From Pseudomonadota bacterium (GTDB taxonomy: Bacteria > UBA10199 > 2-02-FULL-44-16 > DYJF01): a stretch of DNA of 64,000 bases. A program made the position numbers and the translations under genes. The DNA lies in the NCBI GenBank assembly GCA_043823065.1, contig JBDRBB010000008.1:224001-288000 (forward strand), in the 5' to 3' direction. The notes under the pieces were generated by a model. That model ran no database searches. It saw only the letters and a program-made list of their open reading frames with translations, and was not told the DNA's origin. Of the stretch, positions 57,004-64,000 are shown piece by piece. The stretch's first letter is position 1. Each line of letters begins with the position of its first letter.

Positions 57004-57561
57004 ATGAAGCTAATTGTTGGATTAGGAAATCCAGGTCGCTCTTATGCCAAACATCGGCACAATGTTGGTTTTATGGCAGTTGAATATTTAGCTAAGGCCC
57101 ATGATTTTGTTCTTTCAAAAAATATGTTTCAAGCCAAGGTGGGACAGGGGAATTTAGGCGCGGAAAAATTGATCTTGGTTAAGCCGCAAACCTATATGAA
57201 TCGGTCTGGATATGCTGTTGTTTCCTTGGCTGGTTATTATAAATGTGCTTTGGCAGATTTGATCGTGATTCATGACGATATTGACCTGGAATTAGGCAGA
57301 GTTAAATTATCTTTCGGCGCTGGCCATGGCGGACATAATGGAATTCGCTCTATAGTTGAAGAAATGGATTCCTCCCAATTTATCAGGGTTCGATTAGGTG
57401 TGGGGCGTCCTCCAGAAAATATGGATCCAGCTGATTATGTGCTGCACAAGTTTGAAAATGAAGAAGAAGAAAAAGTTGAAACCATGATCAAAAAAGCAGC
57501 TTCTGCAGTAGAAGATTTAATTAAAAATAGTTTGGAGTTGGTACAACAGAAATATCATTAA
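57004..57561 (+). CDS. pth: Peptidyl-tRNA hydrolase
   Basis: MKLIVGLGNPG, RHNVGF, KPQTYMNRSG, HDDID and GGHNG. Confidence 0.96.
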   Translation: MKLIVGLGNPGRSYAKHRHNVGFMAVEYLAKAHDFVLSKNMFQAKVGQGNLGAEKLILVKPQTYMNRSGYAVVSLAGYYKCALADLIVIHDDIDLELGRVKLSFGAGHGGHNGIRSIVEEMDSSQFIRVRLGVGRPPENMDPADYVLHKFENEEEEKVETMIKKAASAVEDLIKNSLELVQQKYH

Positions 57562-57574
57562 TTAGGAGGAAGTA

Positions 57575-58033
57575 ATGAGAGAGTATGAATTGGTTTACGT
57601 CGCCCAGCCGCAATTTACGCAAGGGCAAATAGATCAGCTGAATAACCGGCTGAAAACTATGATTGAGAAGGATCAGGGGCATTTGTTCTATGCCAGAAGC
57701 TTGGGTAAGAGGAGTTTGGCCTATAGAATCAAAAAACAAACTAAGGGTATTTATTATACCCTGTGTTATGCTGCCCAAGGTGGTTGTAACGCCGAGATTG
57801 AGCGTTTTCTGCGTTATGATGAAAATGTGTTGCGCTTTCTAACAGTGCTTAAAAATGAAAAAGTGGATGTGCAAGTCAGAGCAGCTGAAATTGAAGCTCG
57901 GGGAGAGGCTCTTTCTGAAACCAGAGAAGATACTATTGAAAATGATGTGATATTAGCAGCTAAAGAAGCTGAAGAAACATCAGCAGAAGAAGAAACTATT
58001 GAAGAAATTAATGCTTCAGGAAAGGATAATTAA
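57575..58033 (+). CDS. rpsF: 30S ribosomal protein S6 (acidic tail)
   Basis: [18 protein letters not shown] and VLRFL. Confidence 0.93.
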   Translation: MREYELVYVAQPQFTQGQIDQLNNRLKTMIEKDQGHLFYARSLGKRSLAYRIKKQTKGIYYTLCYAAQGGCNAEIERFLRYDENVLRFLTVLKNEKVDVQVRAAEIEARGEALSETREDTIENDVILAAKEAEETSAEEETIEEINASGKDN

Positions 58034-58035
58034 TT

Positions 58036-58323
58036 ATGGCGCGCATGACCAGAAATAGTAAAGACACTAAAGGCAAAAAAAAGAAATTTCAAGTTTCAAC
58101 CAGAAAAAAAGTCTGTCGTTTTTGCATTGATAAAGAAATTAAAATTGATTTCAAAGATGCTAAACAATTGCAGATGTTCATTACCGAGCGAGGACGTATT
58201 TTGCCTCGCCGCTATACGGGCAATTGTGCCAAACATCAACGTGAGGTAACCAATGCGGTGAAAAGAGCGAGAATTTTAGCTTTTATCCCGTTTACTTCTA
58301 CTCAAGTTCCATTGACGATATGA
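58036..58323 (+). CDS. rpsR: 30S ribosomal protein S18 (Zn-binding form)
   Basis: [26 protein letters not shown] and KRAR. Confidence 0.95.
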   Translation: MARMTRNSKDTKGKKKKFQVSTRKKVCRFCIDKEIKIDFKDAKQLQMFITERGRILPRRYTGNCAKHQREVTNAVKRARILAFIPFTSTQVPLTI

Positions 58324-59351
58324 CCAATGTTGAGCTTTTAAAACCAAAACCCATTGGTATTGGGGCGTTAATTGCTATTTTTTTGTATTTAAGCGGTTTG
58401 TTTGTGCTTTTGACACCTCTGCCGCTGTTGTATGTGTCTGCTACTTCTGGCCGTAAGTCTGGTGTAGCAGCGACCAGCGTGGCCTTGATCACTTTGTTTG
58501 TTATCTATTTTGTTTTTCTAGGTGCAGAGAATTTTCAAGGAGATTTGCCAAATTTTGCTTTGCCTTTGCCAGGTTTGGGTTTGGGAATGTTTTTTCCCCT
58601 GGCTACAGTTAGATATTTTGGTCTTTTATATTTTCTATTTTTTGGCGCTATTGCTTTGGCGTTGGCTGAAGGTTTTAGACAGCAATGGGGCTTGGTTAAA
58701 GGTGGTTCCAGGGCCTTAATCGGTGCTTTAGTGTTTGTAGCGATAATTATTTTTTTTGTGGGAGTAAGTGATTTAGTTGTTTCCCTAAAAAGCTATCTGG
58801 AATTTATTGTGGCAGAAATTGCTAGGGTTCAAAGTGAGAGTGATGCTTATAATACCCAAACTGCCTTGTTTTTAAACCAGGGGCCGCAAATAGCTGGTTT
58901 TGTGTTAAAGATTTTTCCAGCTATAATTTTTGTTTTAACCCTTTTTGCAGTAGTTATTAACCAGTTGTTGTTCCAGCGCATTGTTATGCGCAAAAGCCTG
59001 TTTTACGCTGGCCAGAAATGGGAAGTTGCTGAGTTTAGAATGCCAGATAATTTAATTTGGGTGTTGCTTGGTTCAGCAGGCGCTTTCTTGGTTGGACAAT
59101 ATGTTTTAAACTGGAGTTCTTTAACCTATTTGGGGTTAAATGTTTTAATTTCTTTTACAATTTTGTATTTTTTTCAAGGGTTGTCGATTGTTGCTTTTTT
59201 TGTGCGTAGAATAAAACCCTTATTTAGGGTGTTGTTTTATTTGGTGTTGATTTTTTTCTTTCAGTTTTTTGCAATTTTGATCATAGGTTTAGGGCTGGCG
59301 GAAGTCTGGGTTAATTTCAGACAACGTTTTAGTTCTAAAGAACAAGCTTAA
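58320..59351 (+). CDS. YybS/DUF2232 membrane protein
   Basis: Polytopic; PLPL, P..LIW and YFFQGLSI; characteristic position between rpsR and rplI. Confidence 0.85.
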   Translation: MTNVELLKPKPIGIGALIAIFLYLSGLFVLLTPLPLLYVSATSGRKSGVAATSVALITLFVIYFVFLGAENFQGDLPNFALPLPGLGLGMFFPLATVRYFGLLYFLFFGAIALALAEGFRQQWGLVKGGSRALIGALVFVAIIIFFVGVSDLVVSLKSYLEFIVAEIARVQSESDAYNTQTALFLNQGPQIAGFVLKIFPAIIFVLTLFAVVINQLLFQRIVMRKSLFYAGQKWEVAEFRMPDNLIWVLLGSAGAFLVGQYVLNWSSLTYLGLNVLISFTILYFFQGLSIVAFFVRRIKPLFRVLFYLVLIFFFQFFAILIIGLGLAEVWVNFRQRFSSKEQA

Positions 59352-59363
59352 AAGGAGGATCTC

Positions 59364-59807
59364 ATGCAAGTTATTTTACAAGAAAATATTCCTGATTTGG
59401 GTAAAGTAGGTGATATCGTAAAGGTCAAGGACGGTTATGCCAGAAATTATCTATTGCCTAAGAAGAAAGCTGTTTTGGCTGATCCAAGAAATATGCGACA
59501 ATTAGAACATCAAAAGCGATTGGTGGCTGCCAAACAACTTAAATTAAAAAGTCAGGCCGAGGAATTAGCCAAAAAGTTGGGCGCTATTACGATTACTATT
59601 TCCAGAGATACGGCAGATGAAGAAAAACTTTTTGGTTCAGTTACCACCAAAGATATTGCCGACGCCTTGCGTAAGGAAGGTGTAAGTGTGGATCGCCATG
59701 ACCTTAATATGGATTCGCCAATCAAGAATATTGGAGTTTATGATGTGCCAGTTAAATTGCATCCAGAAGTGACTGGTACAATTAAGGTTTGGGTTGTCAA
59801 AAAATGA
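59364..59807 (+). CDS. rplI: 50S ribosomal protein L9
   Basis: LGKVGDIVKVKDGYARNYLLP, KLFGSVT and KLHPEV. Confidence 0.97.
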   Translation: MQVILQENIPDLGKVGDIVKVKDGYARNYLLPKKKAVLADPRNMRQLEHQKRLVAAKQLKLKSQAEELAKKLGAITITISRDTADEEKLFGSVTTKDIADALRKEGVSVDRHDLNMDSPIKNIGVYDVPVKLHPEVTGTIKVWVVKK

Positions 59808-61168
59808 GCAAATTGCCACCGCAAAATCTTGAGGCAGAGCAATCTGTCTTAGGCGGAATGCTTTTGCAAAACGATGCCATTCATCGTGTTGTCGAAGTTC
59901 TATCTGAATCAGATTTTTATCGCGAGGCGCATCGCAAAATCTATCAGGCAGTTATCAGTCTTTATCAAAAAAACGAACCAGCTGATTTGGTGACAGTTAC
60001 CAATATTCTCAAAAAACAAGGCGCCTTGGAAGTAGTAGGTGGCGCAAGTTATCTGGCAGATTTGGTGGATCAAGTGCCCACCACCGCTAACATTGCTAAT
60101 TATGCCCAGATTATTCGGGAAAAGGCAGTGGTTAGGCAATTGATTGAAGGCGCTAGTGAAATTGCTGCGCGTGGTTATGAAGATCAAAAAGATGTTGATG
60201 AATATTTAGATCAAGCTGAAAAGATTATTTTTGAGATTGCTCAGAAAAGGATGCACCAAGGGTTTTCTCCACTCAAAGACATTGTGCGCGATAGTTTTAA
60301 GGCTATTGAAACTTTATATGAAAAAAAGGAATTAATAACCGGGGTGCCTAGTGGGTATAAAGATTTTGATCGCCTTACTTTTGGTTTGCAAAGATCTGAT
60401 TTAATAATATTGGCTGGGCGACCTAGTATGGGCAAAACTTCTTTGGCCCTGAATATGGTGGAAAATGCTGCAATTGAAGCGGGCGTAGTATGCGCGGTTT
60501 TTTCTTTGGAAATGTCCAAACAACAATTGGTGCAAAGAATGCTTTGTTCTAAAGCGGAAGTGGATGCTTCTAAACTGCGTGGCGGTTTTTTGTCTGAAAG
60601 TGACTGGCCCAAACTTACCAGAGCTGCTGGCCTTTTGTCTGAAGCGCCCATTTTTATTGATGATTCGCCAGGTTTAAATGTTTTGGAGGTGCGGGCTAAA
60701 TCCAGGCGTTTGCAAAGGGAACATGGTTTGGGTTTGGTGGTAGTTGATTATTTACAGCTGATGCGCGGTATTGGACGAATTGAAAGCCGGGAACGCGAAA
60801 TTTCCGATATTTCCAGATCGCTGAAAGCTTTGGCCAAAGAATTAAATGTGCCGGTAGTTGCTCTTTCTCAGCTTAATCGCGGGGTGGAATCCAGGCAGGA
60901 CAAACGCCCGCAACTATCAGATTTGCGTGAATCTGGAGCAATTGAACAGGATGCAGACGTGATCGTTTTTGTTTATCGAGATGAAATGTATAATGAAAAT
61001 AGTCCAGATGTTGGCAAGGCTGAGATAATTATTGGCAAGCAGAGAAACGGCCCTACCGGCCGCGTGATGCTTGGTTTTCAAAAACAACTTACCAAATTTA
61101 CCGATCTGGCTCATGGTATGGATGACTTTGCGCCAGCTCCTCTGCCGGAAGATGTTCAACCATTCTAA
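59804..61168 (+). CDS. dnaB: Replicative DNA helicase (no intein)
   Basis: PPQNLEAEQSVLG, GRPSMGKT, DYLQL, LSQLNR, DLRESGAIEQDAD and KQRNGPTG. ATGA overlap with rplI. Confidence 0.97.
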   Translation: MSKLPPQNLEAEQSVLGGMLLQNDAIHRVVEVLSESDFYREAHRKIYQAVISLYQKNEPADLVTVTNILKKQGALEVVGGASYLADLVDQVPTTANIANYAQIIREKAVVRQLIEGASEIAARGYEDQKDVDEYLDQAEKIIFEIAQKRMHQGFSPLKDIVRDSFKAIETLYEKKELITGVPSGYKDFDRLTFGLQRSDLIILAGRPSMGKTSLALNMVENAAIEAGVVCAVFSLEMSKQQLVQRMLCSKAEVDASKLRGGFLSESDWPKLTRAAGLLSEAPIFIDDSPGLNVLEVRAKSRRLQREHGLGLVVVDYLQLMRGIGRIESREREISDISRSLKALAKELNVPVVALSQLNRGVESRQDKRPQLSDLRESGAIEQDADVIVFVYRDEMYNENSPDVGKAEIIIGKQRNGPTGRVMLGFQKQLTKFTDLAHGMDDFAPAPLPEDVQPF

Positions 61169-61172
61169 AGAG

Positions 61173-61434
61173 CAAATTCGAAATTCGTAACCTCTCACCT
61201 TTTTGAAGTGGATTAGTGGAAAAAGTTTGCCATTGCGAGGAGCGCAAGCGACGAAGCAATCCCGTGGCTTCATCGGGATTGCTTCGCTAACGCTCGCAAT
61301 GACAACCGTTAAGCTTTATTCACTTCAAAATCGTGAGCAGTTACCAAAATTCAAATGTTCGAAACAATATGTTTTGAATTTTAGTCATTAGTATTTTGAT
61401 ATTGTTTAGAAATTAGAATTTAGTGCTTAGGATT
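61173..61434. repeat. Composite nested repeat region (family 4 heptad element containing an inverted repeat and a family 3 palindrome)
   Basis: AAATTCG units and a GAATTTA/GTGCTTA arm outside; TAAC..CTCAC..TTTTGAAGTG / CACTTCAAAA..GTGAG..GTTA at 61188-61343; family 3 copy inside. Confidence 0.7.
61229..61303. repeat. Palindromic repeat family 3, intergenic copy
   Basis: GCCATTGCGAGGAGCGCAAGCGACGAAGCAATCCC...GGGATTGCTTCGCTAACGCTCGCAATGAC. Confidence 0.88.
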
Positions 61435-62088
61435 TTAGTAATGTACTCCAATATAAAAGATGCCATTGAATTGAGGTTTGAATCCGCCTTGGTAGATTAA
61501 GGTGCTGGGCAGGCTGGCGCCATTCACCGTCAGGTTTTGCCTGACTTTGTCAAAGAAAATAAGATCTTCGTGAATATCAATGCCAAAAGAAAGATATTTT
61601 AGGATCAAAAAGTTCAGGCCAATGCCAAAGGAAGGTCCCCAGCCAAAGCTAGTGACCGCTGTGTCTGTTGAGTTTTCATTGCCAGGCAGAGAAGAAATTT
61701 TAAAAGCCAGACCTCCTCTCAGGGTAGGTATAATTCTTAAAGACTTAAATTTGGTTAAGATGTCGGTAATAAAAAAATAGCGACAGTTTAAATTAGCGCC
61801 AACTAAATGTTCACGCCTACCCCCTTTAATATTGGTGCCGTATTTGCCTTCAAGTTCAGCAGCAATCCAATCTCTAATGTTCCAGCCAAAGATTAAGCCA
61901 AGAGCAGGTTCAAAATCTCGTCCGTGTTTGATATTGCTGTATTGATCGCGGTCATAATTTACCTGCATGGCGCCGCCTTCCAAATATAGATATGGACCTG
62001 AATTAAATCCTTCTAAAGGGCGAGCCTCTGCTGTGGAGTGAAACCAAATCACCAAAACTAATAAAGTGATATATGTCAGATATCTCAA
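61435..62088 (-). CDS. Small outer membrane beta-barrel protein (OmpA/OmpW-like barrel)
   Basis: Signal peptide, about 8 amphipathic strands, aromatic C-terminus (FYIGVHY); TTG start. Confidence 0.7.
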   Translation of the reverse strand: MRYLTYITLLVLVIWFHSTAEARPLEGFNSGPYLYLEGGAMQVNYDRDQYSNIKHGRDFEPALGLIFGWNIRDWIAAELEGKYGTNIKGGRREHLVGANLNCRYFFITDILTKFKSLRIIPTLRGGLAFKISSLPGNENSTDTAVTSFGWGPSFGIGLNFLILKYLSFGIDIHEDLIFFDKVRQNLTVNGASLPSTLIYQGGFKPQFNGIFYIGVHY

Positions 62089-62095
62089 GATTGGT

Positions 62096-62167
62096 GTTTC
62101 GTCGCTAGTCGCTCGTCAGTCGTATATCGTAAAAACGATGTACGATGTACGAACAACTAAAAACGGC
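62096..62167. repeat. Short heptad-periodic imperfect palindrome
   Basis: TCGCTAG/TCGCTCG/TCGTATA units mirrored by ACGATGT ACGATGT ACGA. Confidence 0.5.
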
Positions 62168-62169
62168 AT

Positions 62170-63198
62170 TTATAACAAAGGTATTCCCTTCTTTTTACAC
62201 TCTTTGGCCAGCTCTTTTGGCCAGACGCTTGCTTGCACTTCGCCAATATGCATTTTTCTTAAAAATAGCATGCATAGTCTTGATTGCCCAATGCCACCCC
62301 CAATGCTTAAGGGTAATTTATTGCGCAAAAGTTTTTGGTGATAGGGTTGTTTGGCATAAAATTCTTTTTTTCTGATTTTTAACTGGGCCTTCAAAGAAGT
62401 GGCATCTACTCTAATGCCCATGGAGGAAAGCTCATAAGCTGAATTTAAGCCTGGATACCAGACTATAATATCGCCATTTAACCCTCTTTGATTGTTTTTG
62501 TCTTTGGTCCACCAATCATCATAATCTGGCGCGCGTCCGTCATGAGGCTTTCCGTTTTTAAGAGGGGCGCCAATGCCAATGATGAAAACAGCTTTTTTTT
62601 CTTGGCAAATAACGTTTTCTCTTTGGCGCGGAGTTAGTTTGGGATATTTTTTTTCCAGATCTACTGAGTGCACAAAATAGATATTTTTAGGCAGAAACGG
62701 TTTGCCTAAAGCAGGATATCTTTTGCAAACCTTTTTTTCTGTTTCATAAATCACTTTATAAATTTTTTTAACAGTTGTTTTTAAGAATTCTACGTTACGA
62801 TCTTGGCGCTTAATAATTTTTTCCCAATCCCATTGATCAACATAAATTGAATGCAGATGATCAAGTGTTTCATCCGGACGCAAGGCATTCATATCTGTAT
62901 AAAGACCCTGGCCTGGTTTAAATTTATATTCTGCTAATGCTGCTCTTTTCCATTTGGCCAGAGATTGGACGATTTCCATATCTCCGTTTCTGATATCTTT
63001 GACCTTAAAACCAATTGGTTTTTCCACGCCATTTAAGTTGTCGTTAATGCCGCTTGTTTTTTGCACTGCCATTGGCGCAGAAACCCGGTTTATCTTTAAA
63101 GTCCTGGCCAAATTTTGCTGAAAACTATCTTTGACAAACTTAATGGCTTGTTCTGTTTGCATTAGATTCAACTTGGGCCGATAAACCATATTTTTCAT
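62170..63198 (-). CDS. asnA: Aspartate-ammonia ligase
   Basis: NDNLNGVE, QSLAKWKR, YVDQWDWE, RAPDYDDW, ELSSMGIRV and GGGIGQSR. Confidence 0.96.
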   Translation of the reverse strand: MKNMVYRPKLNLMQTEQAIKFVKDSFQQNLARTLKINRVSAPMAVQKTSGINDNLNGVEKPIGFKVKDIRNGDMEIVQSLAKWKRAALAEYKFKPGQGLYTDMNALRPDETLDHLHSIYVDQWDWEKIIKRQDRNVEFLKTTVKKIYKVIYETEKKVCKRYPALGKPFLPKNIYFVHSVDLEKKYPKLTPRQRENVICQEKKAVFIIGIGAPLKNGKPHDGRAPDYDDWWTKDKNNQRGLNGDIIVWYPGLNSAYELSSMGIRVDATSLKAQLKIRKKEFYAKQPYHQKLLRNKLPLSIGGGIGQSRLCMLFLRKMHIGEVQASVWPKELAKECKKKGIPLL

Positions 63199-63206
63199 TG
63201 TTCCCC

Positions 63207-64000
63207 CTAGATAAAAAATTTTAAAATAATATTTAACAAACTACCAACAGTGATAGTAATAATCAACATGATTAAGGTGGATAAAAGAAGTAAACGCAGG
63301 CCAAGTTCTTTGAAGATCATTACAAAACTGGCAATGCAAGGAAAGGTCATGGCCAGAACTGAGCAGCCTATGATAAGTTGTTTAAGCGAAAGATTAAGTC
63401 CAGTTAACATACCCACAGCAACATCTTTACGCAAAAAACCAATAATTATAGCAAAGACTGCATTTGGAGGAAGTCCCCACAGTTTTTCAATTACAGGTGA
63501 GGTGGCTTTGGCTATCCCAGAGAACAAACCTAAATAATAAATAATGTTAATAATTAACACGCCAATTAAAACAACGGGCAGCGCTTCTTTTAAAAAACCC
63601 TTAGTACGTATCCAGAATTTTTTTAAAAACGGTTTGGGTCTGGGTATCCTTAAAGGAGGCACATCTAAAAGCATTTCCGGGCTAAAGCCTTTGATAAGTT
63701 TATTGAGCAGAATGCCAGTAATTAGCCAGGTGCAAAAAATAATAAGGTAAACCAAAAAAATGTAGATTAAACCAAACTTGCCCAACACCCCAATAATCAT
63801 GGCTTGCAGGGCAGCGCAGGGAACAGCAATGGAGATTAGGGTAATGGCGATAAATCTTTCGCGTTTAGATTCTAAGCTTCTGGTGGCTAAAATGCCAGGC
63901 ACATTACAACCCAGGCCTAACAGGTGGGGGATCACGGCATAGCCATGCAAACCCATATGGTGCATTAAATGATCAAGTAAAATGGCAAATCTGGGTAAAT
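63207..64000 (-). CDS. feoB: Ferrous iron transporter FeoB, C-terminal membrane part (partial)
   Basis: Frame is open to the window edge (LPRFAILLDHLMH); GLGCNVPG, VPC, second gate region and FPCIA. Confidence 0.8.
   Translation of the reverse strand, partial: LPRFAILLDHLMHHMGLHGYAVIPHLLGLGCNVPGILATRSLESKRERFIAITLISIAVPCAALQAMIIGVLGKFGLIYIFLVYLIIFCTWLITGILLNKLIKGFSPEMLLDVPPLRIPRPKPFLKKFWIRTKGFLKEALPVVLIGVLIINIIYYLGLFSGIAKATSPVIEKLWGLPPNAVFAIIIGFLRKDVAVGMLTGLNLSLKQLIIGCSVLAMTFPCIASFVMIFKELGLRLLLLSTLIMLIITITVGSLLNIILKFFI

Noticed and set aside
59804..61168. Intein in DnaB
   Set aside because: Normal length with contiguous helicase motifs.
60917..61391. ORFs 60917..61273 (-) and 61203..61391 (+)
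   Set aside because: Translations of repeat DNA and the antisense strand of dnaB.
28036..63750. Numerous short antisense or alternate-frame ORFs (e.g. 28157, 29292, 30570, 33520, 39096, 42197, 55750, 60241, 63250)
   Set aside because: All lie within well-supported genes and show no recognisable motifs.
1..64000. Alternative genetic code or stop-codon recoding
   Set aside because: Conserved genes are full length under code 11, and TAA, TAG and TGA all act as normal stops.

Overview
Bacterial chromosomal window using standard code 11. The gene order ispE-tRNA-Gln-prs-rplY-pth-rpsF-rpsR-yybS-rplI-dnaB suggests a deltaproteobacterial-type lineage (inference only). The window has two halves. (1) About 1-28,000 is a visibly more AT-rich cell-envelope island. 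It holds an Omp85/BamA-like protein, eight GT-C-like polytopic membrane proteins in several paralog groups, an atypical chaperone-usher-like pilus operon, an HddA-type kinase, a flippase-like protein, two extended SDR epimerases coupled to a UbiA-type polyprenyl-phosphate phosphoribosyltransferase, a Thr-type sulfatase-fold membrane enzyme and a decayed SGNH gene. (2) About 28,000-64,000 is mostly core genome: acs, mrcB plus a TPR lipoprotein, an FG-GAP lipoprotein, PilZ, queG, patatin, xseAB-ispA-yjbQ plus a form IV RubisCO-like protein, a glycogen operon ending in an arginine-synthetase-like ATPase, an aminotransferase, the ispE-dnaB block, asnA and a partial feoB. Several families of small palindromic repeats occur in the second half. 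One sits in frame inside queG and one forms part of a lipoprotein signal peptide. Candidate sigma-28, sigma-54 and bidirectional sigma-70 promoters are visible. Three genes carry single-base frameshifts at short runs, which may be sequencing errors. No CRISPR array, integrase or transposase was seen. All family assignments come from motif recognition by eye; no searches were run.
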